This document shows, piece by piece, positions 20,138-27,402 of a stretch of 27,402 nt of DNA (within the stretch, counting starts at the first letter, position 1; each line of letters starts with the position of its first letter). The notes under the pieces are model-generated. The model had not been told where the DNA came from. It was given only the letters and a program-made list of their open reading frames with translations, and ran no database searches. The translations under genes and the position numbers were made by a program. This DNA comes from Candidatus Bathyarchaeota archaeon (GTDB lineage Archaea > Thermoproteota > Bathyarchaeia > Bathyarchaeales > Bathycorpusculaceae), in assembly GCA_963777155.1 (NCBI GenBank), contig CAVZPM010000012.1, positions 1 to 27,402 on the forward strand, given 5' to 3'.

Positions 20138-21227
20138 ATGACCTAACTGTGCTAACCAGTTCTCTCCAAGGTGACAAACAGGGTTTACCTGAACCGTCTG
20201 AGAATAGAAAGCCATCGCCTCGGGCACCATGGTAGTCAATGTAATGCATCCAGGAAATACCGAATAAACCCATCTCCCTTAGGGAAGCCTCTCTTTGGGA
20301 AATGTCGTTAACAACATCAACCTGAGCTTGGGGACCCCAGAGATAATCATCAACGGAAAGATGCGCCAGCAGGATATGTTGGTTGTATTTGCTCAAAGCC
20401 TTCACATTAGCTGCTATATCGTCTATCATGTAATCCCAAACATGAGATTTGTCTCCGAATCTGTCTACCCAGTTAACATCTCCATAGTTCGTCTTCAAAT
20501 CGTCTCCACTGAGCCATTTCCCTTCTTCCACACCTCTCAAACTCCACATAGCTTGAAAACTCATAAAATCCATACTCTCCATACTAGAGGTCAAAGCTCC
20601 GTTCATACTGATGTCATCATTATAACGTGGTTCCCAACTGCCAATGCAATAGCTTACTAAAACATTGGGTGCAACTTCTTTTATTGCATTCCTAGAGTCA
20701 ATCATCAACTGATTCCAATAGGTATAATCAAGGTTTTCGTAAGCAGATGGGTCGTTAAATTCAGTTTCCAACGAAATCAAGGCTGTATGGCGACCATCAT
20801 TTGGAGCTTTCAGATGATTTGCCAAAAACCTGAGGTCATCAAGCCATTCTTGCCTGTGCAAACCGAGGCTGGCTGGTGAATAATCAACATTCCATGTGCC
20901 TGTAAAATATTGGTATGTAATCAGATGTGGAACAAGGCTCTGATTCCACAGAGGTCCAGGCAAATAATAACTAGACCACCAGCCGTAAAGGTCATCATGA
21001 CTACTTATCCATGATGTTGCTAAATTCATGCTTAACGAATAATCGCTGTTAAGGTCTTGCAAATTACTCCATGTGTCTGCGCCTGTTCCTATCAGAAATT
21101 CATCAAATGTTGCGTTTTGAGGGTCTAAACTTTTCGGAAGTACGAAAATGGCGCTAACACTAATTGCAGCAATGATAATTAGTGCCGCACTCAAAACCAG
21201 TTTCTTGAATTCGTCCACCAGCTTCAA
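20136..21227 (-). CDS. Secreted or membrane-anchored putative glycoside hydrolase (TIM-barrel-like)
   Basis: N-terminal hydrophobic helix; Trp/Tyr/Asp-rich; ISLETEFN, IKEVAPNVLV, MDFMSFQ and DGSGKP segments resemble GH superfamily proteins; family not assignable. Confidence 0.55.
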   Translation of the reverse strand: MKLVDEFKKLVLSAALIIIAAISVSAIFVLPKSLDPQNATFDEFLIGTGADTWSNLQDLNSDYSLSMNLATSWISSHDDLYGWWSSYYLPGPLWNQSLVPHLITYQYFTGTWNVDYSPASLGLHRQEWLDDLRFLANHLKAPNDGRHTALISLETEFNDPSAYENLDYTYWNQLMIDSRNAIKEVAPNVLVSYCIGSWEPRYNDDISMNGALTSSMESMDFMSFQAMWSLRGVEEGKWLSGDDLKTNYGDVNWVDRFGDKSHVWDYMIDDIAANVKALSKYNQHILLAHLSVDDYLWGPQAQVDVVNDISQREASLREMGLFGISWMHYIDYHGARGDGFLFSDGSGKPCLSPWRELVSTVRS

Positions 21228-21331
21228 CTAAGGTGAGTTGATTTATGAGTTTTGCTAACTTCAAATTCACCTAGCTCGCTGAAGAACAAATAGTTCATTC
21301 CAGAAACACTCTTTAAACGAGTTTTCGACTA

Positions 21332-21365
21332 AGAAAAAGGGGAAAGCGAGTGACATCTCCACTTG
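21332..21365 (+). repeat. Truncated copy of the att-like motif
   Basis: GTGACATCTCCACTTG (21350-21365) is 16/16 identical to 20095-20110; preceded by AGAAAAAGGGGAAAGCGA. Confidence 0.75.
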
Positions 21366-21487
21366 GGGGCGCGAGCAACCTGACAAGTATATTAATTTAG
21401 TTTTTTTAATTTTTTTTTATGTATATCTGCATGTTAGCAAGTGTTAAATCTTCACGAGGCAAAAACTAAAATCGATAAGGGAAAGGT

Positions 21488-21616
21488 ATGACTGAAAAAA
21501 AAGTGATTAGCTTTACAGAGGTTTTCGGCAAAGTTAATGCCATAGTAGTTAAAGACGGGAAAGTTGAACTTCAAGAAACCGAAATAAAAAGGTCTGATTG
21601 CTTCTGGAAGGATTAG
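21488..21616 (+). CDS. Putative 42-aa small protein
   Basis: MTEKKVISFTEVFGKVNAIVVKDGKVELQETEIKRSDCFWKD; purine-rich AAGGGAAAGGT directly upstream. Confidence 0.45.
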   Translation: MTEKKVISFTEVFGKVNAIVVKDGKVELQETEIKRSDCFWKD

Positions 21617-22139
21617 AACACGCGCACGTGCAGTTGCTTTTATTGGTAAAAGGGATTGGAGTTTAAGGGTTGAAGCGTTAGCGGCTAAACTGAAAAATAT
21701 AGAGAAATCTTCTTTGAATGTTCCAGTCGATAAGTAGAGCTTAATCTTTGGCTTGTCCTCGAAGTTTCTCCAGTTAGGCGTTGACAGCGAAACTAAAAAC
21801 AGTTTATCAGAAGTCTATTGTCTAAAGTCTATTGATAAGATGTTCTCTTTGAATCTTTCTTTAGCGAGTTTTGCTTCTTTTACACCATTTCGCATATTAT
21901 ACTAATATATCGCTGTATGTTATAAAGTCTTCTTGTTAGACACTATTCTATTTTGCACGCGAAAGCCTCTTCATTTATGTAAATAGCTTCTTTGGTTTAA
22001 ACTAAAATCAAAACGAACAGCTTGACAAACCTAACTTTCTAAAAAAAGGATGGTGCGGGAGTGGTCTTCAAGATCTCAGTTATTTCCCGTAGAGATTTGT
22101 CTTATTATTTAGGTGAATAAAACAGGTAGAGCAATAAAC

Positions 22140-23420
22140 TCAAGTGGTTAGGTTGTGCCTACGCGATTTAGCCACAAAAACCGCAAGCAACCCTCCAACA
22201 ATAATGATAGGCACAACGATTGTCGCAGTTGGGAACACAGGAACATTTGTGCTACTGGAGATGTAGCCAACGTAAAGTGGGTCATGCACTATCTGCAAAC
22301 CATCCCAAACTGGAAAACAAACCCTATACACCATCGAAGACCCACTATAATCTGTGTTTATGTCTGCCCATGAACCGCCGAAAAGTACATTCAGGTTTAG
22401 TTCGTCCCTGAAAAAGATGAAGACTCTAACTGAAGGGCCATAGAATTGGAATGGCAGACTTGAAATCGAAACCACTTCAGCTTTTGCCTCATAAGTTTGG
22501 ATGTCGGCTTGATGGGTTTCGTTATTTTCGCCTCGGTTTAGGGTATAGTTTCCGCCGAAAACAAACTCATAAGCCTTCACATTGCCTACTGTAACTTGTG
22601 CATTGTCAGCGACGATTGTTGAATTCTCCGTAGTTGAAGGGTTGTACGCTTGACCATTCACTGACGTAGAGAATTGTTGCGAGGCATAAGTTGATGTCGG
22701 GTAGAGTAGAGATAGGCTCAATCCATTAAGCGAGAAGTTTGAAGAGTTAGAGACTTCGAGGCTGGAGACTTCTCCGATGTCAAAGTTCGTCTTTAGGTTT
22801 GAAACGTTCTCATTAACACTGAAATCATAGCTAAACATAATATGGTCAAACATTAGTTTAGCAACTGTGTCTACGCCACCTGCAGGCTTTGGCTGAAGAA
22901 AGTAAGCTTGAACATCCTCATACCTGAAGCCCCACTGATAATGCGGTACATCGCCGACAAACGTCTTTTGAATCAGGGTTGGGCTGGCGCTGATACTCGT
23001 ATTCATGAACATGTAATAGAGTATTTCACTGCTTGCAGAATCGAAGTTGCCTTGAGGGATCCCGTCGCCATTCAAGTCACGGTAAACTTCAAACTTATCC
23101 AAAGCACTTGCAACAAAAACTTCCGAGCCGTCAGCCAACTTAAGATACTGCCCAACTAAGTTAGCAACTGGACCTGGATATGGATTATTAGGATCAGTAT
23201 ACATCGCGTAGTTGATTATTTGTGTGCCTGAAACATTTACCCAATCGTACCAAATCTTCAAACCTGAATGTGGCGAAACAATGGTGCCGTTTCCAAACTC
23301 CTCATTCACAAAAGCAAAGTTGGGCGGACTCTGAGCAGAAACCACATCAGTCTGAAACACAAATGCAAACTGAAAAAAAAGAATAAGAAGCAAAGGCAGA
23401 ATGACAACAGTCTTTCGCAT
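22140..23420 (-). CDS. Hypothetical secreted, C-terminally anchored surface protein
   Basis: Signal peptide MRKTVVILPLLLILFFQFAF; many N-x-S/T sequons; FPVWDGLQIVHDP; C-terminal TM followed by KSRR; alternative start at 23444. Confidence 0.85.
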   Translation of the reverse strand: MRKTVVILPLLLILFFQFAFVFQTDVVSAQSPPNFAFVNEEFGNGTIVSPHSGLKIWYDWVNVSGTQIINYAMYTDPNNPYPGPVANLVGQYLKLADGSEVFVASALDKFEVYRDLNGDGIPQGNFDSASSEILYYMFMNTSISASPTLIQKTFVGDVPHYQWGFRYEDVQAYFLQPKPAGGVDTVAKLMFDHIMFSYDFSVNENVSNLKTNFDIGEVSSLEVSNSSNFSLNGLSLSLLYPTSTYASQQFSTSVNGQAYNPSTTENSTIVADNAQVTVGNVKAYEFVFGGNYTLNRGENNETHQADIQTYEAKAEVVSISSLPFQFYGPSVRVFIFFRDELNLNVLFGGSWADINTDYSGSSMVYRVCFPVWDGLQIVHDPLYVGYISSSTNVPVFPTATIVVPIIIVGGLLAVFVAKSRRHNLTT

Positions 23421-23812
23421 TTTAATCGCCTGACAAATATTCATTCGTATGAGGTATTAAGTTCTTGCTAAAAGAGACCTAGATTTTCTGAATCCATTGT
23501 TGAGAATTAAGAAAGATTTTCGTGGTTTGGAGAGTTTTGTTCCTTTTTTGGTGGGTGGTTTTTTATTTGTTGTTTTTTGTTTTTTTTTAGTTGATAGTGG
23601 TTTGCTTTTGCAAGTGTTTCATAAGATTTGGGTCTTTTCAATCGGATAGACAAGCACATTTGCTTAATTTGACACGTTTGTTAAGTTGAGTTTTGAAAAA
23701 TTGCTAAAGTTGACAATTAGCGTTATTGGACTTTTCAAAAAAATATATATCAAGTCATACGATAAGAGGAGTTAGCAAGAAACGGCAGCGTTATTTGGAG
23801 GAAAAAAGAAAA

Positions 23813-24034
23813 ATGCAAAACGAAGAATTAGCGAATCTAGCAAAGAAAGTAAGAAACCATTTACCTAACGTGGAATCGTTTCCAATAGCTACAATCTACA
23901 CCACAATAAAAGAGCAAGAGAAAACTAAATTGAATCTACCAGACTTTAAACAATTAATCTACCATCTAACAGGCTGGGACATATCCTTCCAAATCATACG
24001 CAGACAACTGGAAATAAACCAGATAGTATGGTGA
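23813..24034 (+). CDS. Hypothetical 73-aa protein, repeat copy 2
   Basis: 71/73 aa identical to the 1299-1520 product; GGAGG RBS. Confidence 0.75.
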   Translation: MQNEELANLAKKVRNHLPNVESFPIATIYTTIKEQEKTKLNLPDFKQLIYHLTGWDISFQIIRRQLEINQIVW

Positions 24035-24066
24035 GCAACGAGCGCACTTCTTTTGGGTGACTTAAA

Positions 24067-24162
24067 ATGGCGGATAAGAAATATTACGGTGGCATTGCAT
24101 TGTTCCTAATGCAGCACAAGGACAAAAGTAAAGAGGGAGAAAAGTATGTGCCGCGTATTTAA
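24067..24162 (+). CDS. Putative microprotein MADKKYYGGIALFLMQHKDKSKEGEKYVPRI (31 aa), repeat copy 2
   Basis: GGTGA RBS; a 1-bp indel changes the C-terminus relative to copy 1. Confidence 0.5.
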   Translation: MADKKYYGGIALFLMQHKDKSKEGEKYVPRI

Positions 24163-24240
24163 GAGAGAAGTTATTGTGTGATAGAACTCTCTCACCAGCC
24201 GATCCATAAGTTCTGAAGCGCGCGCAAAAAAGATGGGTAA

Positions 24241-24291
24241 GCGGGTGATAAATCCACGTGTCAGGGGTTCAAATCTCCATCCCCTGCACCA
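24241..24291 (+). other. Degenerate tRNA 3'-half-like sequence, candidate attachment site
   Basis: AATCCACGTGTC-AGGGG-TTCAAAT-CTCC...CTGCACCA resembles variable loop + T arm + CCA; no matching 5' half upstream. Confidence 0.6.
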
Positions 24292-24794
24292 CTAATCAAA
24301 ACCATAACAGGCCGTTAAACAGAAGATAAAACCGAAAAATCCTGTCAGGAAAGCATTCTTATTTTTATTACTTACAAACTTCGTCAAGGTTCGACAGTTT
24401 TAATTCGACAAGCAGTAGTCATAAAAGAAATGTCGTTGAAACTATGTTGTAGAGGTTGATTTGGTTCCTGCGCAACTTACTGCCTATGATACGTCATGGT
24501 TGAACGTAACCTAGATGAAACTTGAAAAATGGTTTTGTTGATTTAATCCTAAAAGGATGGTGAACGTGAGCATTATTTCATTTGTTCAGCGTAGTTAAGT
24601 TGCAGATCTCAGACTCACCAGGTATGGAACTCAATTACAAACACCTCTCCTATGACAGCACATTTCGTCTATAATTCCTAATTCTTAATAGAATATGTTG
24701 TTTTAAATATTAGAGAAAAAAGAAGAATAAAGAAATGTTCCTTGTTGATTACAAATACCAGAAAGAAAAAATGCAGACAGAAATCAGCCTTCAG

Positions 24795-25000
24795 TTCTTT
24801 TGTTTTGCTCAACTTGCGTGGTTGTGGGTTTTTTGGGTGCCACATCTTTTTGTTTGTGGATTTTGTTGCGTTTTGTTTTTGGGGTTGTTTTTGCTGGTTG
24901 TTTGGTTGTGGGTGATGGGTTTGTTTCACTAGTTTGCATGGATGGTATGTTGGGTTTTTTGGTTGTGGTTGTGGCGCATGTTGGCTTTGTTTGGTTGTGG
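24795..25000. repeat. G/T-skewed low-complexity tract
   Basis: Runs such as TTGTTTTTGGGGTTGTTTTTGCTGGTTGTTTGGTTGTGG with very few A or C on the + strand. Confidence 0.7.
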
Positions 25001-25003
25001 AAG

Positions 25004-26458
25004 CTATCCTCTTGGGACAACTGCAAGAAACTGTTCAGGCTCCATAGTTGCCGTAGCATAAACAGCTAAAGCTATACTCCAAAAGACATCATCGTGTGTT
25101 CCGTAGGGGTGCGAAAAGCCGATGTTGCCATCTTTGCGCAAGTCATAGCGTTCTACGTTAAGCTCTGTGCAAATCTCTCCCCGGTAAGGGCGCTCCCAAC
25201 TTAGCAAGGGATAAAAAAACTGTTTGTTCATCATGCGCTGCTTGAGCAAGCCAGCCATCTCGCTTTTTCTTGGGACACTAAAACAAACGCCTTCGGCGTT
25301 GTCTATGCCGGCGTTTTCCATGTCAGCGATGATTGATGGGCCTTCGCGGGTGAAGTCTACCCGTATTTTTTCAAATCCGCCCCAACGATCCTGCAGTGCC
25401 TTTAGATAGCCTAAAACGGTTGCATAGAGGGTTGGCTGCTGAAAAATCTTCAGATGCCTCAAATACAGTTTATCGTTTTGTCGCTCAACCACTGAGAGAA
25501 CGCAGTAGTCTCTGGTTTGTGCCAGGTCAAGTCCAGCGAAAAATTCGCCTTTAACATTTGAGTCTGGGTTGAATTCTTGCAGGTCTTCGCCGCAGCTTTT
25601 GTTTGTGCCCACGCATGAAGCGATTAGGCTTTGTGTTAACCAGACGTTGTCATCTTCTACCCATTCTGCCTCCATTTCGCGTCGCCACCTGGAGGGGTCG
25701 TCGCCCATTTGTGTCTTGATTTTCTCTATGATGCCTGGTTTTAATGGACCATTGGGATACAGGGCTTTTTCAACTGTGACATGGCTGGTTTTAAAGTCGC
25801 TAAAATCCTTATGGTTAAAAATTTTAAAGAATACGCTGTCACTATTCCAAGGAGTACTGCTGCAAACGAATTTTCCATCCGTAGTCCCAAGAGTATAAAG
25901 AATAGCGTCATAGAGTTCTTGGTCGTTTGGAACAAAATTAAATTCGTCACAGTAAACCACGTTTAATGTTGGTCCACGTATTGTTTCTGGGTTATTTGGG
26001 AATGCTTCTATGCTGCTTCCGTTAGCAAAGTGAATTTGAGTTCGCTGAGGCTTAAATGCAATTCCTGGCGGCAGTTTGTGTGTGAAGAAGGCTATGCGTG
26101 AGAGGATTCTTTTTGTTTGCCGCCATGAAGGACCAACTATTCCAATTGCACTTTGGGGATGAGTTGTTGCATACCACAGGAGCAGAGCGGCTATTATGAA
26201 GGTTTTTCCGCTTTGTCTACACCAACGAGCCGCAGTGAATTGGTTGTTTTGGAACATCTGAATGAATTCTGCTTGATAATTAAAAGGTTTAAAGCCCACT
26301 AATTGCTCAAAAAATTTTAGGGGCTCCAAGCTTAGATTCTGGGTTTTTCTAATTTCCGCTTGCCTGATTTCCCTGTTAGTTTGCTGGACGCTACGCCACT
26401 GGGGAAGAATCTGGTTGGGACGAAGAGTTCTGGCTTCTTTCCTTAAGTAACTGCGCAT
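25004..26458 (-). CDS. terL: Terminase large subunit (ATPase + RNase H-like nuclease)
   Basis: PFNYQ adenine-binding motif, Walker A CRQSGKT, IRG, Walker B VYCDEF, SSTP coupling motif, GLDLA and HDDVFWS nuclease motifs; exact start uncertain. Confidence 0.9.
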   Translation of the reverse strand: MRSYLRKEARTLRPNQILPQWRSVQQTNREIRQAEIRKTQNLSLEPLKFFEQLVGFKPFNYQAEFIQMFQNNQFTAARWCRQSGKTFIIAALLLWYATTHPQSAIGIVGPSWRQTKRILSRIAFFTHKLPPGIAFKPQRTQIHFANGSSIEAFPNNPETIRGPTLNVVYCDEFNFVPNDQELYDAILYTLGTTDGKFVCSSTPWNSDSVFFKIFNHKDFSDFKTSHVTVEKALYPNGPLKPGIIEKIKTQMGDDPSRWRREMEAEWVEDDNVWLTQSLIASCVGTNKSCGEDLQEFNPDSNVKGEFFAGLDLAQTRDYCVLSVVERQNDKLYLRHLKIFQQPTLYATVLGYLKALQDRWGGFEKIRVDFTREGPSIIADMENAGIDNAEGVCFSVPRKSEMAGLLKQRMMNKQFFYPLLSWERPYRGEICTELNVERYDLRKDGNIGFSHPYGTHDDVFWSIALAVYATATMEPEQFLAVVPRG

Positions 26459-26846
26459 TTAATTCCTCCATCTCTCTAAGTTTAGCTTCGATTTGGCGGT
26501 AATCGATGTAGTCGGCAAGGAGTTCTTTGTAGGTTTTAGCGATTGTTGCGACTGCTTGCAAGCGTTGAACTTCAACTTTGTCTAGTCCTGGTTTTATGGC
26601 TAATTTTAGTGCGCCTGCGAGAATTTTTGCGGTTTCTTCTACGCTTGGTAGCTCTCTTGGGATGGGAATGGAAGTGTTAACGTATCCTTTTGCTTTGAGT
26701 TCTATGCCTAGGCGTTTGCATTTTAGGAAAATGGCGCCTGGAGTTTTCTGTAATTTTGCGGCTATCTCATCTATCCTTGCGTTTGCTTCGACAAGTGATT
26801 TGAGTTCGGCTTCTTCTTGGGCGGACCATTGTTTTCCTTTTGTCAT
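26391..26846 (-). CDS. Putative terminase small subunit / Myb-HTH DNA-binding protein
   Basis: WSAQEEAELKSL...IDEIAAKLQKTPGAIFLKCKRLG HTH followed by a helical/coiled-coil region; overlaps the 5' end of terL. Confidence 0.65.
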   Translation of the reverse strand: MTKGKQWSAQEEAELKSLVEANARIDEIAAKLQKTPGAIFLKCKRLGIELKAKGYVNTSIPIPRELPSVEETAKILAGALKLAIKPGLDKVEVQRLQAVATIAKTYKELLADYIDYRQIEAKLREMEELNAQLLKERSQNSSSQPDSSPVA

Positions 26847-26868
26847 GTATTGATTGCATGTAGCAACG

Positions 26869-26923
26869 CTTATATAACATTTAATGTTAAATAAATGGCA
26901 TAACTTAACAATGTCTGTTAATG
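26869..26923. promoter_or_regulatory. Divergent promoter with TATA box and two TAACA-N5-TGTTA palindromes
   Basis: Minus-strand TTATATAA about 25 bp before ATG 26846; palindromes at 26875-26889 and 26906-26920. Confidence 0.55.
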
Positions 26924-26933
26924 GTGTAAGAGC

Positions 26934-27377
26934 ATGTTGGGTAATTCAATGAGAAAGTATGTTATGAGCGAAAACAAGAACGGCTACAGCAAAGCCGTCC
27001 AAAGCGTCTACAATAGCCGCATCAAAACCTACGCAAAACAAGCCCTCCAAGACCTCGCCCTACTAGCAGAGAAGCTGCCTGAAGACCAACAAGCAGAAAT
27101 ATTCAACGAAAAAAACACTTGGGAACTACTAAGAGCCATCTTAAAACAGAGCTCAGAAGAAATGACCCGACTACACCAAGACAGAGAACTAACGAAAAAG
27201 AAAAGAGAACGCCTTCTACCATTCTGCTACAATCTAATAACACTGCTAAACGACTCTAATTTGGCTCATCTTCTTGCGCCCGTTGGAGATAGATACATGA
27301 TAAAAGAAGGTGGACATTTAGCGCACCTAAAAGCCATCTACTACCGCAGCTTAAACGGAAGAGACGACCAAGAATAG
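26934..27377 (+). CDS. Hypothetical helical protein, divergent from the terminase module
   Basis: Up to 147-aa ORF with natural composition and several possible ATG starts; no recognisable motif. Confidence 0.75.
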   Translation: MLGNSMRKYVMSENKNGYSKAVQSVYNSRIKTYAKQALQDLALLAEKLPEDQQAEIFNEKNTWELLRAILKQSSEEMTRLHQDRELTKKKRERLLPFCYNLITLLNDSNLAHLLAPVGDRYMIKEGGHLAHLKAIYYRSLNGRDDQE

Positions 27378-27402
27378 AGATGCCTCCAATGAAACAGCGC
27401 AG

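Larger units (their letters stand above)
23618..24226 (+). repeat. Long direct repeat, copy 2 (partner 1104-1711)
   Basis: Same boundaries and internal sequence as copy 1. Confidence 0.95.

Noticed and set aside
21640-21895. Minus-strand degraded ORF with a short tandem duplication (AAGTCTATTG at 21811 and 21825)
   Set aside because: Interrupted by a stop codon and has no recognisable homology; too weak to call
24220-24291. Complete tRNA gene
   Set aside because: No D arm or 5' acceptor strand, and the T-stem spacing is irregular; only 3'-half resemblance
18859-24291. Classical integron attC sites
   Set aside because: No RYYYAAC/GTTRRRY boxes in the motif and no intI in the window
24678-25069. 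Four overlapping ORFs (24678-24929, 24735-24932, 24784-25059, 24800-25069)
   Set aside because: By-products of the low-complexity G/T tract

Overview
AT-rich accessory region of an archaeon. GGTGA/GGAGG ribosome-binding sites, TATA boxes, a KaiC/RAD55 ATPase and the surface-protein types suggest a Bathyarchaeia-like lineage (inference). Two ~608-bp direct repeats of roughly 95% identity (1104-1711, 23618-24226) bracket ~22 kb of cargo. The cargo contains (i) a minus-strand three-gene cluster encoding a STAND ATPase-TPR-Ig-TIR protein, an intact KaiC-like ATPase and a TPR-Ig-inactive-KaiC protein; (ii) several large secreted or membrane-anchored repeat proteins; and (iii) gene remnants. Beyond the right repeat lie a tRNA-3'-like site and a terminase large subunit with its putative small subunit, with no portal or capsid gene downstream. 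A degenerate tRNA-like/hairpin motif recurs between single-gene cassettes at 18.8-24.3 kb. Four long genes are split by single-base frameshifts (one also by an in-frame TGA), which may be assembly artefacts. No rRNA, complete tRNA, CRISPR array or integrase is visible.
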